Of a stretch of DNA of 64,000 nucleotides, positions 8,592 to 16,974 are shown one piece after another. A program made the translations under genes and the position numbers. The first letter of the stretch is position 1, and the number at the start of each line of letters is the position of its first letter. The stretch is from an uncultured Bacteroidales bacterium (GTDB taxonomy: Bacteria; Bacteroidota; Bacteroidia; Bacteroidales; Paludibacteraceae), in contig CAMGMU010000001.1 of the NCBI GenBank assembly GCA_946059305.1, forward strand, positions 10,354 through 74,353, in the 5' to 3' direction. The notes under the pieces were generated by a model that was not told the origin of the DNA, did not search any database, and worked only from the letters and a program-made list of their open reading frames with translations.

Positions 8592-10364
8592 TTATTCGCC
8601 CATGTTGGCATTATAGAGATAGCGCTTGATTGATTTCTTAGGCGTTTTCTCAAACTCATGCGGATAGATGCGAATCTCGTGAATCTGCTCATAAGCAGCC
8701 AATTGAGCATTTACCAGTTTCCTATTCTGCTCCATGCGTTGGCGAATCTGCTCTTGCGTCATCTTGTTGGCATCTGCTGCCTCCATATCAGGATAAACGA
8801 GCGCCACAATCTTATCCTCACGCTGCATTACCAGCGACTCTAATACGTAAGGCATATTATTGAGCTTATCTTCGAGTTCCTCAGGATAAATATTTTGCCC
8901 CGAAGGTCCGAGCAACATCGTTTTATTGCGGCCCTTGATGAAGATATTGCCATTTTCATCAATCACGCCAAGGTCGCCTGTTTTGAGCCATCCGTCTTCC
9001 GAAAAAGTGAGCGAAGTTGCTTCTTCGTTTTTATAATACCCGCGCATCACGTTCTCGCCCGTTACCTCTATCTCTCCCACGCCTTGCTCGTTCGGGTTGG
9101 CAATACGCGCTTGCATAAGCGGGAGTACGCGGCCGCAGGAATTCGGGATAAACTCATTATAGGGGGCAAACGAGATGAGCGGAGCACATTCGGTCATGCC
9201 ATAGCCTACCGTAAAGGGGAACTTGATTTTGTGGAAAAACGCTTCTACGTCTGCATTCAGAGCCGCTCCACCGATAATCATCTGCGTAAACTCACCTCCA
9301 AACGCTTTGATGAGTCGCTTACGAATGGTCATCAACACGGCATCTTTCATCAAGGGCACAGAGAGCACCCAACTCTTCGTAGGATCTTCCAGTAGCGGCT
9401 GAATCATCTTCTTATAGATCTTCTCGATGATGAGCGGAACGGTAAAGATAGTAGTAGGTTTGACTTCTGCAAAGGCGCGAAGGAGAATCTGAGCCGACAA
9501 GGGTCGGCCATAATAGCAGGTATAACCACCTGCGCAGAAATTCGAGAGGAAATCAAAGGCGCAACCATAGGCGTGTGCGAGCGGAAGGAAGCAGACGAAA
9601 CGGCTTCCGGGGAAAGCAATCTTTGTGGACAAACCAAACGACACATTGCCCGCAAGCGCGTTGAGTGGAGTAACCACTCCCTTAGAAAAACCGGTTGTGC
9701 CCGAGGTATAATTGATAGAAGCTATCTCGCTATTATCCTTATAATCATAGCGCACGAGGTCACGATGGAAATTCCCTTGATACTTCTCTGCAAAGAGTTG
9801 ATCAATCGTTTCCGGCGACATAATCGAAGCATCCATGATAGGAATCTCTTCTGCCACATCGTCTGTATCCAAATCCTTATTGTCTTGCTCCTTCTTAGCC
9901 TGCTTGAGAGCGGCTTTGAGCTCTTCTTTGGTTTGCTGACGCGTCTGAACAGCCAACACCGAGAAATCATTGACCGAGATAGCAGCCATCAACCCCTTCA
10001 TGGCATGTATATCAAGCTGCTCCCAAAGCGGATCACCCGCAAAAATCAATTTGGACTCGGAATGATTAACGATATGCGTTACATCACCCGGCTTGAAGTC
10101 CTGAAGAATAGGTACAACGATAGCACCATACGTAACCGTTGCCACATAGGTCATCGCCCAATTACAACTGTTCTTGCCAATCAAAGCAACACGATCGTTT
10201 TTCTCAATACCTGCTTGACGGAGAATCAGATGAATTTTCTCAATGCGCTCTGCTACATCACCATAGGTGTACACACGAGCATGACCGTAATCGGACATGG
10301 CCGGACGGTCCCAGTTCATTCGAATGGAATCTTCGAACAAACGGATAAGATTGGATTGGATCAT
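8592..10364 (-). CDS. AMP-dependent long-chain fatty-acid--CoA ligase
   Basis: 590 aa with the AMP-binding motifs YTSGTTGFSKGV, GYGMTE and TGDLG...GRNK. Confidence 0.85.
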   Translation of the reverse strand: MIQSNLIRLFEDSIRMNWDRPAMSDYGHARVYTYGDVAERIEKIHLILRQAGIEKNDRVALIGKNSCNWAMTYVATVTYGAIVVPILQDFKPGDVTHIVNHSESKLIFAGDPLWEQLDIHAMKGLMAAISVNDFSVLAVQTRQQTKEELKAALKQAKKEQDNKDLDTDDVAEEIPIMDASIMSPETIDQLFAEKYQGNFHRDLVRYDYKDNSEIASINYTSGTTGFSKGVVTPLNALAGNVSFGLSTKIAFPGSRFVCFLPLAHAYGCAFDFLSNFCAGGYTCYYGRPLSAQILLRAFAEVKPTTIFTVPLIIEKIYKKMIQPLLEDPTKSWVLSVPLMKDAVLMTIRKRLIKAFGGEFTQMIIGGAALNADVEAFFHKIKFPFTVGYGMTECAPLISFAPYNEFIPNSCGRVLPLMQARIANPNEQGVGEIEVTGENVMRGYYKNEEATSLTFSEDGWLKTGDLGVIDENGNIFIKGRNKTMLLGPSGQNIYPEELEDKLNNMPYVLESLVMQREDKIVALVYPDMEAADANKMTQEQIRQRMEQNRKLVNAQLAAYEQIHEIRIYPHEFEKTPKKSIKRYLYNANMGE

Positions 10365-10373
10365 AACGGGAAC

Positions 10374-10760
10374 TTACTTTACTGACCAAATCGAATCGAC
10401 TACATACACGCTATTTCCTCTCCACGGCAGTGTAGCATTGTAGCGCTTGTAATGGAGGGTAACCGTTCGTCCCGTGCTATGCATGAGCGAATCGGCAATC
10501 GCCTGATCGGTAACGGAAAAGCGAAACTCATTGCTCTGAATAGCCGCATTACTGTTAGATGCTTTCTTCACACCCGTTTGGATGACTTTTCCCTCATACG
10601 TTTTAAATACCACACCTTCATAGCTGAAATAGTTGAGTTCACCCGTATCGGTGCCCTCGGAGTACACATAGCCGTACTTGTAGTACAGCCAACCGCCCAA
10701 TCCGGCCAACGCAAGCATCGTCAGCACAAGAATGAGGGTAATACGTTTTGAAGTGGTCAT
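10374..10760 (-). CDS. Membrane-anchored hypothetical protein
   Basis: 128 aa with a single N-terminal TM helix. No family was recognised. It is tightly packed with the ligase gene. Confidence 0.6.
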   Translation of the reverse strand: MTTSKRITLILVLTMLALAGLGGWLYYKYGYVYSEGTDTGELNYFSYEGVVFKTYEGKVIQTGVKKASNSNAAIQSNEFRFSVTDQAIADSLMHSTGRTVTLHYKRYNATLPWRGNSVYVVDSIWSVK

Positions 10761-10870
10761 TTTGATTCAGTTTATAGATATTTAGTATTGTCAATTAATA
10801 TGCATTTCTGCCAACAAAAATCAAGCCAAACGGATTTGATGGCTCCATTTTTCTGATTTTGCTTGCGCAA

Positions 10871-11686
10871 TTAGTGCTCATCTTTGATATTCTCCCAATC
10901 CACAGGCGCCATTTCGGGCTGCTCAATAGAAAGAATATCGGTAGTAACGAATCCTATTCCGAGCTTCACGATGCGGTCGTAATCTTCCTGCTTATTCACC
11001 GTCCATGCCGCCACTTGAAGTCCTGCTTCATGACATCTGCGCACTTGAGTAGCCGTGATGCCCGTATGCGCACAACTGGGCGTAACCTTATTCTGAATGC
11101 ACCAATCGATTTTCTCTTCCGTCATCTCCATCATCAGATACTGCAAGTGGAGCTCGGGATAATGCTGCAGGATATACTCGAGCGAGCCACGCATGGAAGT
11201 AAGAATGATGGCGCGATCCATCATATCGTATTGCTTGATAAGGTCCACCAATCCGCTAAAGGCCGACATATCATCGTTGTTGATGCCATTCGCCCATTTC
11301 AGTTCGATGATAGGAAACACATTCAGCTCCTTGCAAATAGCGAGAAACTCGCTGACCGTACAAATCTTCCCTGCATACGTCAAGCCATACCGCTGCTGGA
11401 TATACAGCTCTTTTTGCAGTTGCTCGAGCGTTGATTGATTCACATCCAGCTGGCCTCCCAAGCGGGTTGTGGTATTATCATGTGAGATAATATATTGACC
11501 ATCAGAAGACACCTTCACATCGCATTCCAAACCGGCATAGCCATAGTGCGACACGCCATATCGATAGGCTTCTACTGTATTCTCCACACCATTTCCGCAA
11601 CCGCGATGTCCTACAAATATCGGTTTCCAGGCCCATACGACCGCTGAAAAAACAGCAGCTGCAACCATCAGAATCAAGCGTTTCAT
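10871..11686 (-). CDS. Glycerophosphodiester phosphodiesterase family protein (secreted)
   Basis: 271 aa with a signal peptide and the HRG...ENT...ECDV...SHD GDPD catalytic pattern. Confidence 0.8.
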   Translation of the reverse strand: MKRLILMVAAAVFSAVVWAWKPIFVGHRGCGNGVENTVEAYRYGVSHYGYAGLECDVKVSSDGQYIISHDNTTTRLGGQLDVNQSTLEQLQKELYIQQRYGLTYAGKICTVSEFLAICKELNVFPIIELKWANGINNDDMSAFSGLVDLIKQYDMMDRAIILTSMRGSLEYILQHYPELHLQYLMMEMTEEKIDWCIQNKVTPSCAHTGITATQVRRCHEAGLQVAAWTVNKQEDYDRIVKLGIGFVTTDILSIEQPEMAPVDWENIKDEH

Positions 11687-11699
11687 ATAATCGGGGGCT

Positions 11700-12131
11700 T
11701 TATTTCTGGATTTCTGCTCTCAGAGCTGCTATCATCTCCTGATATTCGGCATCCGATAGGAAGACCTCTCCGGGATTCATGCGGAAAGTGCCACCATAAT
11801 CCGGGCCATCTACATACTTAGGCGCAAGGTGGAAATGCAAATGCGAGAGTTTATCCGAATAAGCGCCATAATTGATTTTCTCCGGATTAAACAATTTCTG
11901 CATCGCACGCGTCACGGTCGCTACATCGGCCATAAAAGCATTGCGCTCCTCATCAGAGAGCTCGTTGAGGTCATTCACATGGCCATTATATGCCACCAAA
12001 CAGCGACCACGATAGGTCTGCTCGCGAAACAAAAACGCACGACTCACGCGCAACTCACAAATAGGAAGCATGATGGCTTCTCGTGCCTCATGCTTGGTGC
12101 AATAAATGCAATCGTTTGGATCAGAATACAT
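11700..12131 (-). CDS. HIT family hydrolase
   Basis: 143 aa with the histidine triad HLHFHLAP. Confidence 0.85.
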   Translation of the reverse strand: MYSDPNDCIYCTKHEAREAIMLPICELRVSRAFLFREQTYRGRCLVAYNGHVNDLNELSDEERNAFMADVATVTRAMQKLFNPEKINYGAYSDKLSHLHFHLAPKYVDGPDYGGTFRMNPGEVFLSDAEYQEMIAALRAEIQK

Positions 12132-12240
12132 AGTGTAAGAGAAATGTATGTTGGTTGTTATATTCTTTTAAAGGAATTATTCCTTTTTTAGAATGGGGTA
12201 CATTACAGAACTTACAAATTCCATTTTATGGATTTTGCCG

Positions 12241-12248
12241 CAAATTTA
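12241..12248 (-). promoter_or_regulatory. -7 box TAAATTTG (minus strand) for the HIT/GDPD operon
   Basis: The reverse complement reads gttgTAAATTTGcggc, about 105 nt upstream of the ATG at 12131. Confidence 0.4.
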
Positions 12249-12348
12249 CAACTTTTTTCCGAAACCGCCAAATCTAACATAAGAAATCATTTATTTTTCT
12301 TAATAATCGCACCTGTCAGTTATCATTTTTTTATATGTTTACAACAAT

Positions 12349-12611
12349 TCTTATGGACAAACAAGGCTCTTCTTATGAAAAGACTAAATTCTTCTTATAA
12401 AAAGACTAAGCTCTTCTTGTGAAAAGACTAAGCTCTTCTTAGGAAAAGACTAAGCTCTTCTTATGAAAAGACTAAGCTCTTCTTATGAAAAGACTAAGCT
12501 CTTCTTATGAAAAGACAAGGCTGTTCTTAGGAAAAGACTAAGCTCTTCTTATGAAAAGACTAAGCTCTTCTTATGAAAAGATTAAGCTCTTCTTATGAAA
12601 AGACAAGGCTG
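12349..12611. repeat. Head-to-tail tandem array of about 12 copies of a 22-bp unit
   Basis: The unit is cttcttatgaaaagactaagct. Variant units carry gacaaggctgtt. There are no spacers between units. Confidence 0.95.
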
Positions 12612-12615
12612 TTCA

Positions 12616-12650
12616 CAGAAAGAGGTCGCCAGAATCTCTCTGACGACCTC
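12616..12650 (-). terminator. Hairpin terminator downstream of the RNase E/G gene
   Basis: On the minus strand, a gaggtcg...cgacctc stem (7 bp, 14-nt loop) is followed by tttctg. Confidence 0.4.
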
Positions 12651-12676
12651 ATCACGAAACTTTTTGCTTATCTGGA

Positions 12677-15427
12677 TTAGGGGTTATTTGCAGCAGTATC
12701 CTGCGGAACTGCATTTACAGAACCTTCATTTGAGGGTTCAGCTTTCGATTTTGGTTTGCGCGATGAGCGCTTCTTCGTTGGCTTGACTTCTACCGCTACA
12801 TCCTTCTCATCCGTTGCTTTAGCTGACTTAATCGCTTTCGGTTTCTTCTCTATTGCAGGTTGAGGAATCACCGATTGCGAAGTCTCAGAAGCCGTTTGCT
12901 TCATTGCATCAGGCGTATTCTTCTTCGATTTCGCCTTCTTGGCAGCGAGTTGTGTCTGTTCCGCCTTTTGAGAAGAAGTGGCGTCTGAAACAGCCAATTC
13001 CGAAGCATTCATTACGGGCTTCTCCTGAGCTGAAGACGTTTCGGAATGAACCCGGGTCTTTCTGACTCTTTTTCCTTTCTTTCTCTTGGATTGAGATTCT
13101 TGGAGAGAATCAGTATGTAAAGCCTCATCCGCAATAGCTTCTTTGGCAGAAGTGCTATTTGCATCGCTCTTGGAAGCAGCCGCTTGCGCCGCTTGCGCTG
13201 CTTGCGCTTGATTAATCGAATCCAATAGCGCTTGAACGAGCGAATCCGATGGCTTAACCTGAGCGGCATTCTCTTGAATATTGCTCTGAGAAGCATCAGC
13301 ATTTACCTTTTGACGCTTTGACTTTTTGGAGTTGCGTTTCTTGGCTGGTTCAGCTTCTGCTTGGGGAGCATCTTCACGAATAGCAATTACACTCTCAGAA
13401 AACATATCGCTCTGATTTTCAACAGATTGAGCAGTCTTCTTTTTAGCTTTCTTTTCAGCTTTAGCACGCTTTTTCTCTTCGGCTTCTTGCCCGTTTTCTA
13501 AAGCGACTTCTCTTGCAGCAGCCATCGCTGTAGCAACTTTCTCAGCTTCAGCATCTTGCTTCTTCTTGTTAGCAACTTTCTCAACTTCAGATTCTTGCTC
13601 GGCTTGAGAGGAACTGAGTGAAGAAACATGCTCTTCCTGAGGACTGGTTTCCTCTATCTGATCGCTATTTTTCTTCTTGCGCGAGCGTTTTCTTTTCGCT
13701 TTTGCAGGAACTGCTTCCGGTTGCTCTGCATCCGATTCAGTAATCTCTGCCGTTGCTGCTTGTTCTGCTATAGGTTGCGCTTTAGGCAATACCACCTCGG
13801 GCTTCTCCTCTATCGCTTTGGCGGTATAGAGTTTGGCCTTTTTCTCGGCTTTCTTATCAGCAGACTCTTCTGTCATTCGAGGCAGTTCAACGGTTTGACC
13901 GTTTCTGTCAACAAATCGGAATTCGAGAAGGGGCAGACTCTCATCTGCTCGCAATCGTACACCATATTGGTAGAACCAACGAAAACGGAGTGAACGGAAG
14001 AATAATCCTTTATTTGCATAGGCAAAAACAAACGGATGCACGAAGAGCTTAAGTCCACGACCGAAATGGTGGTTATAGAGCTCAATCTGCTCATCTAAGG
14101 TGTCCGTAAAGAGAATAGACGGCTGAATGCGTCCTTTGCCTCCACAAGTGGGACATACTTCCTGCACATCCACCTCCACCACGGGGCGCACACGTTGGCG
14201 GGTGATCTGCATCAATCCGAACTTACTGAGCTGAAGCACATTATGACGGGCGCGATCGCGCTTCATAAGTCGCTTCATATGCTCAAAAAGCAGCTGACGA
14301 TGTTCGGCTGAACCCATATCGATAAAATCGACAATAATAATGCCTCCAATATCTCTCAAACGGAGCTGATGATAAATCTCATCAGCCGCAAGCATATTGC
14401 ATTGGAAAGCATTTTCTTCCTGGTCAGAGCCGAGCTTCTTGGAGCCGCTATTGACATCAATAGAGAAGAGTGCCTCTGTGCGCTCCATAATGAGGTAGCC
14501 ACCGTTTTTAAATCCAACGGTTCGACCGAGGCCGGTCTTCATCTGGCGAGTGATGCCAAAATGGTCGAAAATAGGTTGATCGTCTTTGTATAACTTAACG
14601 ATTTTCTCAGATTCGGGAGCAATCAAACCTACGTAATTCTGCACTTCCTCAAACATCTCCTGATCGTTGACGTAAATAGAGGTAAAATCCGGAGTAAACA
14701 CATCACGAATCATACCAATCGTACGTCCAATCTCTTCGGTCACGAGGGAGACGGGCTTAGCTTTCTGAAGGCGAGCCACAGTCTCTTCCCATCGTTTGAC
14801 GAGCAGACGGAGCTCTGAATCGAGTTCGGCAGCACGTTTGCCCTCCGCTACTGTGCGCACAATCACACCAAAGCGTTCGGGCTTGATAGCCTGTACAAGT
14901 TGCTTCAATCGGCTGCGTTCGGCCTCGCTCTTGATTTTGCTCGATACCATTACTTTATCCCCAAAGGGAATCAAAACGATATTGCGTCCGGCGAGGGAGA
15001 TTTCAGCAGTCAAACGTGGACCTTTCGTATTGATGGGCTCTTTAGCCACCTGTACTAATATTTCTTGCCCCACGTGGCAAACATCCTGGATAGAGCCTTG
15101 TTTGCCTACCTCCCGCTGCTGGGGAGTCTTCTGCAACAAGGGTTTTCGATTTTTTTCTTGTACGGCAAATTGCGTAAATTTCTCCAGTGTAAGAAACTGA
15201 GAACCTAAATCCAAATAATGCAAAAAAGCTTCCTTTTCATGACCTACATCCACGAAAACGGCATTCAGCGCAGGCATCACTTTCTTTACCCTTCCGTAAT
15301 AGATATTCCCTACAGCAAAGGTAGCTTCCGTGCGACTCTCCTGCCCCCACTCCATCAGACGATCGTCTTCCGTGAGCGCAATCGTTATCTCGCTGGATTG
15401 TACGTCCACAATCAGTTCGCTTTTCAT
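12677..15427 (-). CDS. rng: RNase E/G family ribonuclease with a long low-complexity C-terminal extension
   Basis: 916 aa. The first 520 aa or so contain an S1 domain, the TEALFSIDVNSGS catalytic core and a CPTCGGKGRI zinc link. The last 400 aa or so are K/A/E/S/Q-rich (AQAAQAAQAAA, KKAKKK). Confidence 0.9.
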   Translation of the reverse strand: MKSELIVDVQSSEITIALTEDDRLMEWGQESRTEATFAVGNIYYGRVKKVMPALNAVFVDVGHEKEAFLHYLDLGSQFLTLEKFTQFAVQEKNRKPLLQKTPQQREVGKQGSIQDVCHVGQEILVQVAKEPINTKGPRLTAEISLAGRNIVLIPFGDKVMVSSKIKSEAERSRLKQLVQAIKPERFGVIVRTVAEGKRAAELDSELRLLVKRWEETVARLQKAKPVSLVTEEIGRTIGMIRDVFTPDFTSIYVNDQEMFEEVQNYVGLIAPESEKIVKLYKDDQPIFDHFGITRQMKTGLGRTVGFKNGGYLIMERTEALFSIDVNSGSKKLGSDQEENAFQCNMLAADEIYHQLRLRDIGGIIIVDFIDMGSAEHRQLLFEHMKRLMKRDRARHNVLQLSKFGLMQITRQRVRPVVEVDVQEVCPTCGGKGRIQPSILFTDTLDEQIELYNHHFGRGLKLFVHPFVFAYANKGLFFRSLRFRWFYQYGVRLRADESLPLLEFRFVDRNGQTVELPRMTEESADKKAEKKAKLYTAKAIEEKPEVVLPKAQPIAEQAATAEITESDAEQPEAVPAKAKRKRSRKKKNSDQIEETSPQEEHVSSLSSSQAEQESEVEKVANKKKQDAEAEKVATAMAAAREVALENGQEAEEKKRAKAEKKAKKKTAQSVENQSDMFSESVIAIREDAPQAEAEPAKKRNSKKSKRQKVNADASQSNIQENAAQVKPSDSLVQALLDSINQAQAAQAAQAAASKSDANSTSAKEAIADEALHTDSLQESQSKRKKGKRVRKTRVHSETSSAQEKPVMNASELAVSDATSSQKAEQTQLAAKKAKSKKNTPDAMKQTASETSQSVIPQPAIEKKPKAIKSAKATDEKDVAVEVKPTKKRSSRKPKSKAEPSNEGSVNAVPQDTAANNP

Positions 15428-15587
15428 TTTTTCAATACATTAAAGAGGTTAAACAACCCCAACTGCTTCTGCGCCCAAAAGTCAGCCTTATCGGGATTGC
15501 CGAAAATTATGTTCGGAGGCGAATAGCACTCCGCAAGTTCATAGAAGGGAACTCGTCCCTGCTCGGGTTATTCAAACCCAATAGCAA

Positions 15588-15626
15588 GAAAACAAACCGC
15601 GGCCATAAAGCACTTGGTTTGTTTTC
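15588..15626. terminator. 11-bp hairpin between the small basic ORF and the RNase gene
   Basis: gaaaacaaacc-(17 nt)-ggtttgttttc. Confidence 0.4.
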
Positions 15627-15652
15627 TTTACACAGTCGCCAAAAGTAAGCAA

Positions 15653-15745
15653 TTACTTGTTGTGCTTATGACGATTCTTGCGCAGACGTTTTTTGCGCTT
15701 GTGCGTAGACATCTTGTGTCTCTTATGTTTCTTTCCGTTTGGCAT
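15653..15745 (-). CDS. 30-aa ultra-basic peptide, a candidate bS22-like small ribosomal protein
   Basis: MPNGKKHKRHKMSTHKRKKRLRKNRHKHNK*. It starts 10 nt after the hup stop. It is below the 60-aa cutoff of the ORF track. Confidence 0.5.
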   Translation of the reverse strand: MPNGKKHKRHKMSTHKRKKRLRKNRHKHNK

Positions 15746-15754
15746 AATAAAAAA

Positions 15755-16027
15755 TTATTTAAGTTTTTGAATAAAGTCTTTAGACGGCTTAAACGCGGGC
15801 ACCTTATGCTCCGGTACGATAATTGACTGCTCTTTGAGGATATTGCGGGCAACTTTCTGCTTACGCGTTTTAGTAACAAACGAACCAAAGCCACGAAGGA
15901 AAACGTCTTCACCTCCCACTATGGTTTCTTGGATAGATGAAATCGTAGCTTCCACAATTACAGAAATATCACTTTTCGCAAAGCCCGTTTTTAGAGCTAC
16001 TGCACTTACCAATTCTGCTTTAGTCAT
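15755..16027 (-). CDS. hup: HU family DNA-binding protein
   Basis: 90 aa. MTKAELVSAVA...FLRGFGSF...R...RN... is the typical HU/IHF fold signature. Confidence 0.9.
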   Translation of the reverse strand: MTKAELVSAVALKTGFAKSDISVIVEATISSIQETIVGGEDVFLRGFGSFVTKTRKQKVARNILKEQSIIVPEHKVPAFKPSKDFIQKLK

Positions 16028-16055
16028 AATTTATTGATTAATTAGAAAACGGCTG

Positions 16056-16063
16056 CAAAGTTA
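16056..16063 (-). promoter_or_regulatory. -7 box TAACTTTG (minus strand) for hup
   Basis: Plus-strand caaagtta lies about 30 nt upstream of the ATG at 16027. Confidence 0.55.
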
Positions 16064-16226
16064 GTATTTTTTTTTGGATTACGCAAGAAAAAACGTACTT
16101 TTTCTGCTTTTTTATGCAAAAAATACAAAAATGCCGTGTTTTTTGTGTCTTTAAATATGTAATTAACTGAATTAGTGTATCTTGCTCAAGTAAAGCACCT
16201 TATGATTTCATAGGTGCAGTACCTGA

Positions 16227-16931
16227 TTATTTCTCTGGTGCGTCATCTTTTATTTGGCGTGTCCAGTTATACAGTCCGTAAATGCAGTTTGCACACCAGA
16301 AAGCATACATAGCAGCCATACAATAATTGCCTTGAGCAATCCACATTGCGGTACCAAACACATCGATAGCCAACCATAGATACCACTGATCGCGATAGCG
16401 CATCACCATCAAAATCTGAGCTGCAATAGCGGGTACGGTAGTAAACGCATCAAGATAGGGTTGCGAATCATCAGACCAGGTTTGAAATCCCCAACCGAGC
16501 GCAAAGCATGCTAAAATAACCGTAGCAATCATGCCTATAAGCGCGGGTATCGACAGCTTACGCGTATTGATAGAAGCCGCTTCTGACTCCTGATCTACCT
16601 TATACTGCTTTTTCCAGGCATATATACCATAAAGAGTTGTCGCCAAATAAAAGAAGTTGATACCTACCTGACCATATAACTTGGCCGATATAGAGAGGTA
16701 AATATACGTGGATACTTGAATCAATCCGAATACGAAATTCGAAATCTTACCTTGTGCGCCCAAAACCACACACAATACACCAGCAATACCGCTTACCACA
16801 TTGATCGGCTCTTTGGGGAACAGGATAAATACCACAATCTGCAATACAATACCGGTAAGCAAAAATACATAGTCAAACCCTGTATGACCTGCCACAAACT
16901 CTTGATATAGAGCTTTCTTAAATTTTTCCAT
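16227..16931 (-). CDS. pnuC: Nicotinamide riboside transporter PnuC
   Basis: MEKFKKALYQEF... followed by 7 TM helices and a W/Y-rich C-terminal motif (AFWCANCIYGLYNW). The ORF-track start at 17102 overlaps the upstream gene and is rejected. Confidence 0.8.
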   Translation of the reverse strand: MEKFKKALYQEFVAGHTGFDYVFLLTGIVLQIVVFILFPKEPINVVSGIAGVLCVVLGAQGKISNFVFGLIQVSTYIYLSISAKLYGQVGINFFYLATTLYGIYAWKKQYKVDQESEAASINTRKLSIPALIGMIATVILACFALGWGFQTWSDDSQPYLDAFTTVPAIAAQILMVMRYRDQWYLWLAIDVFGTAMWIAQGNYCMAAMYAFWCANCIYGLYNWTRQIKDDAPEK

Positions 16932-16974
16932 TGTTATTTCTAAACTGATTAAGTGATAATTATTTCTATATACA

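Noticed and set aside
12349-12611. Possible CRISPR array
   Set aside because: The 22-bp units are directly abutting with no unique spacers, and no cas genes are present in the window. It is a plain tandem repeat.
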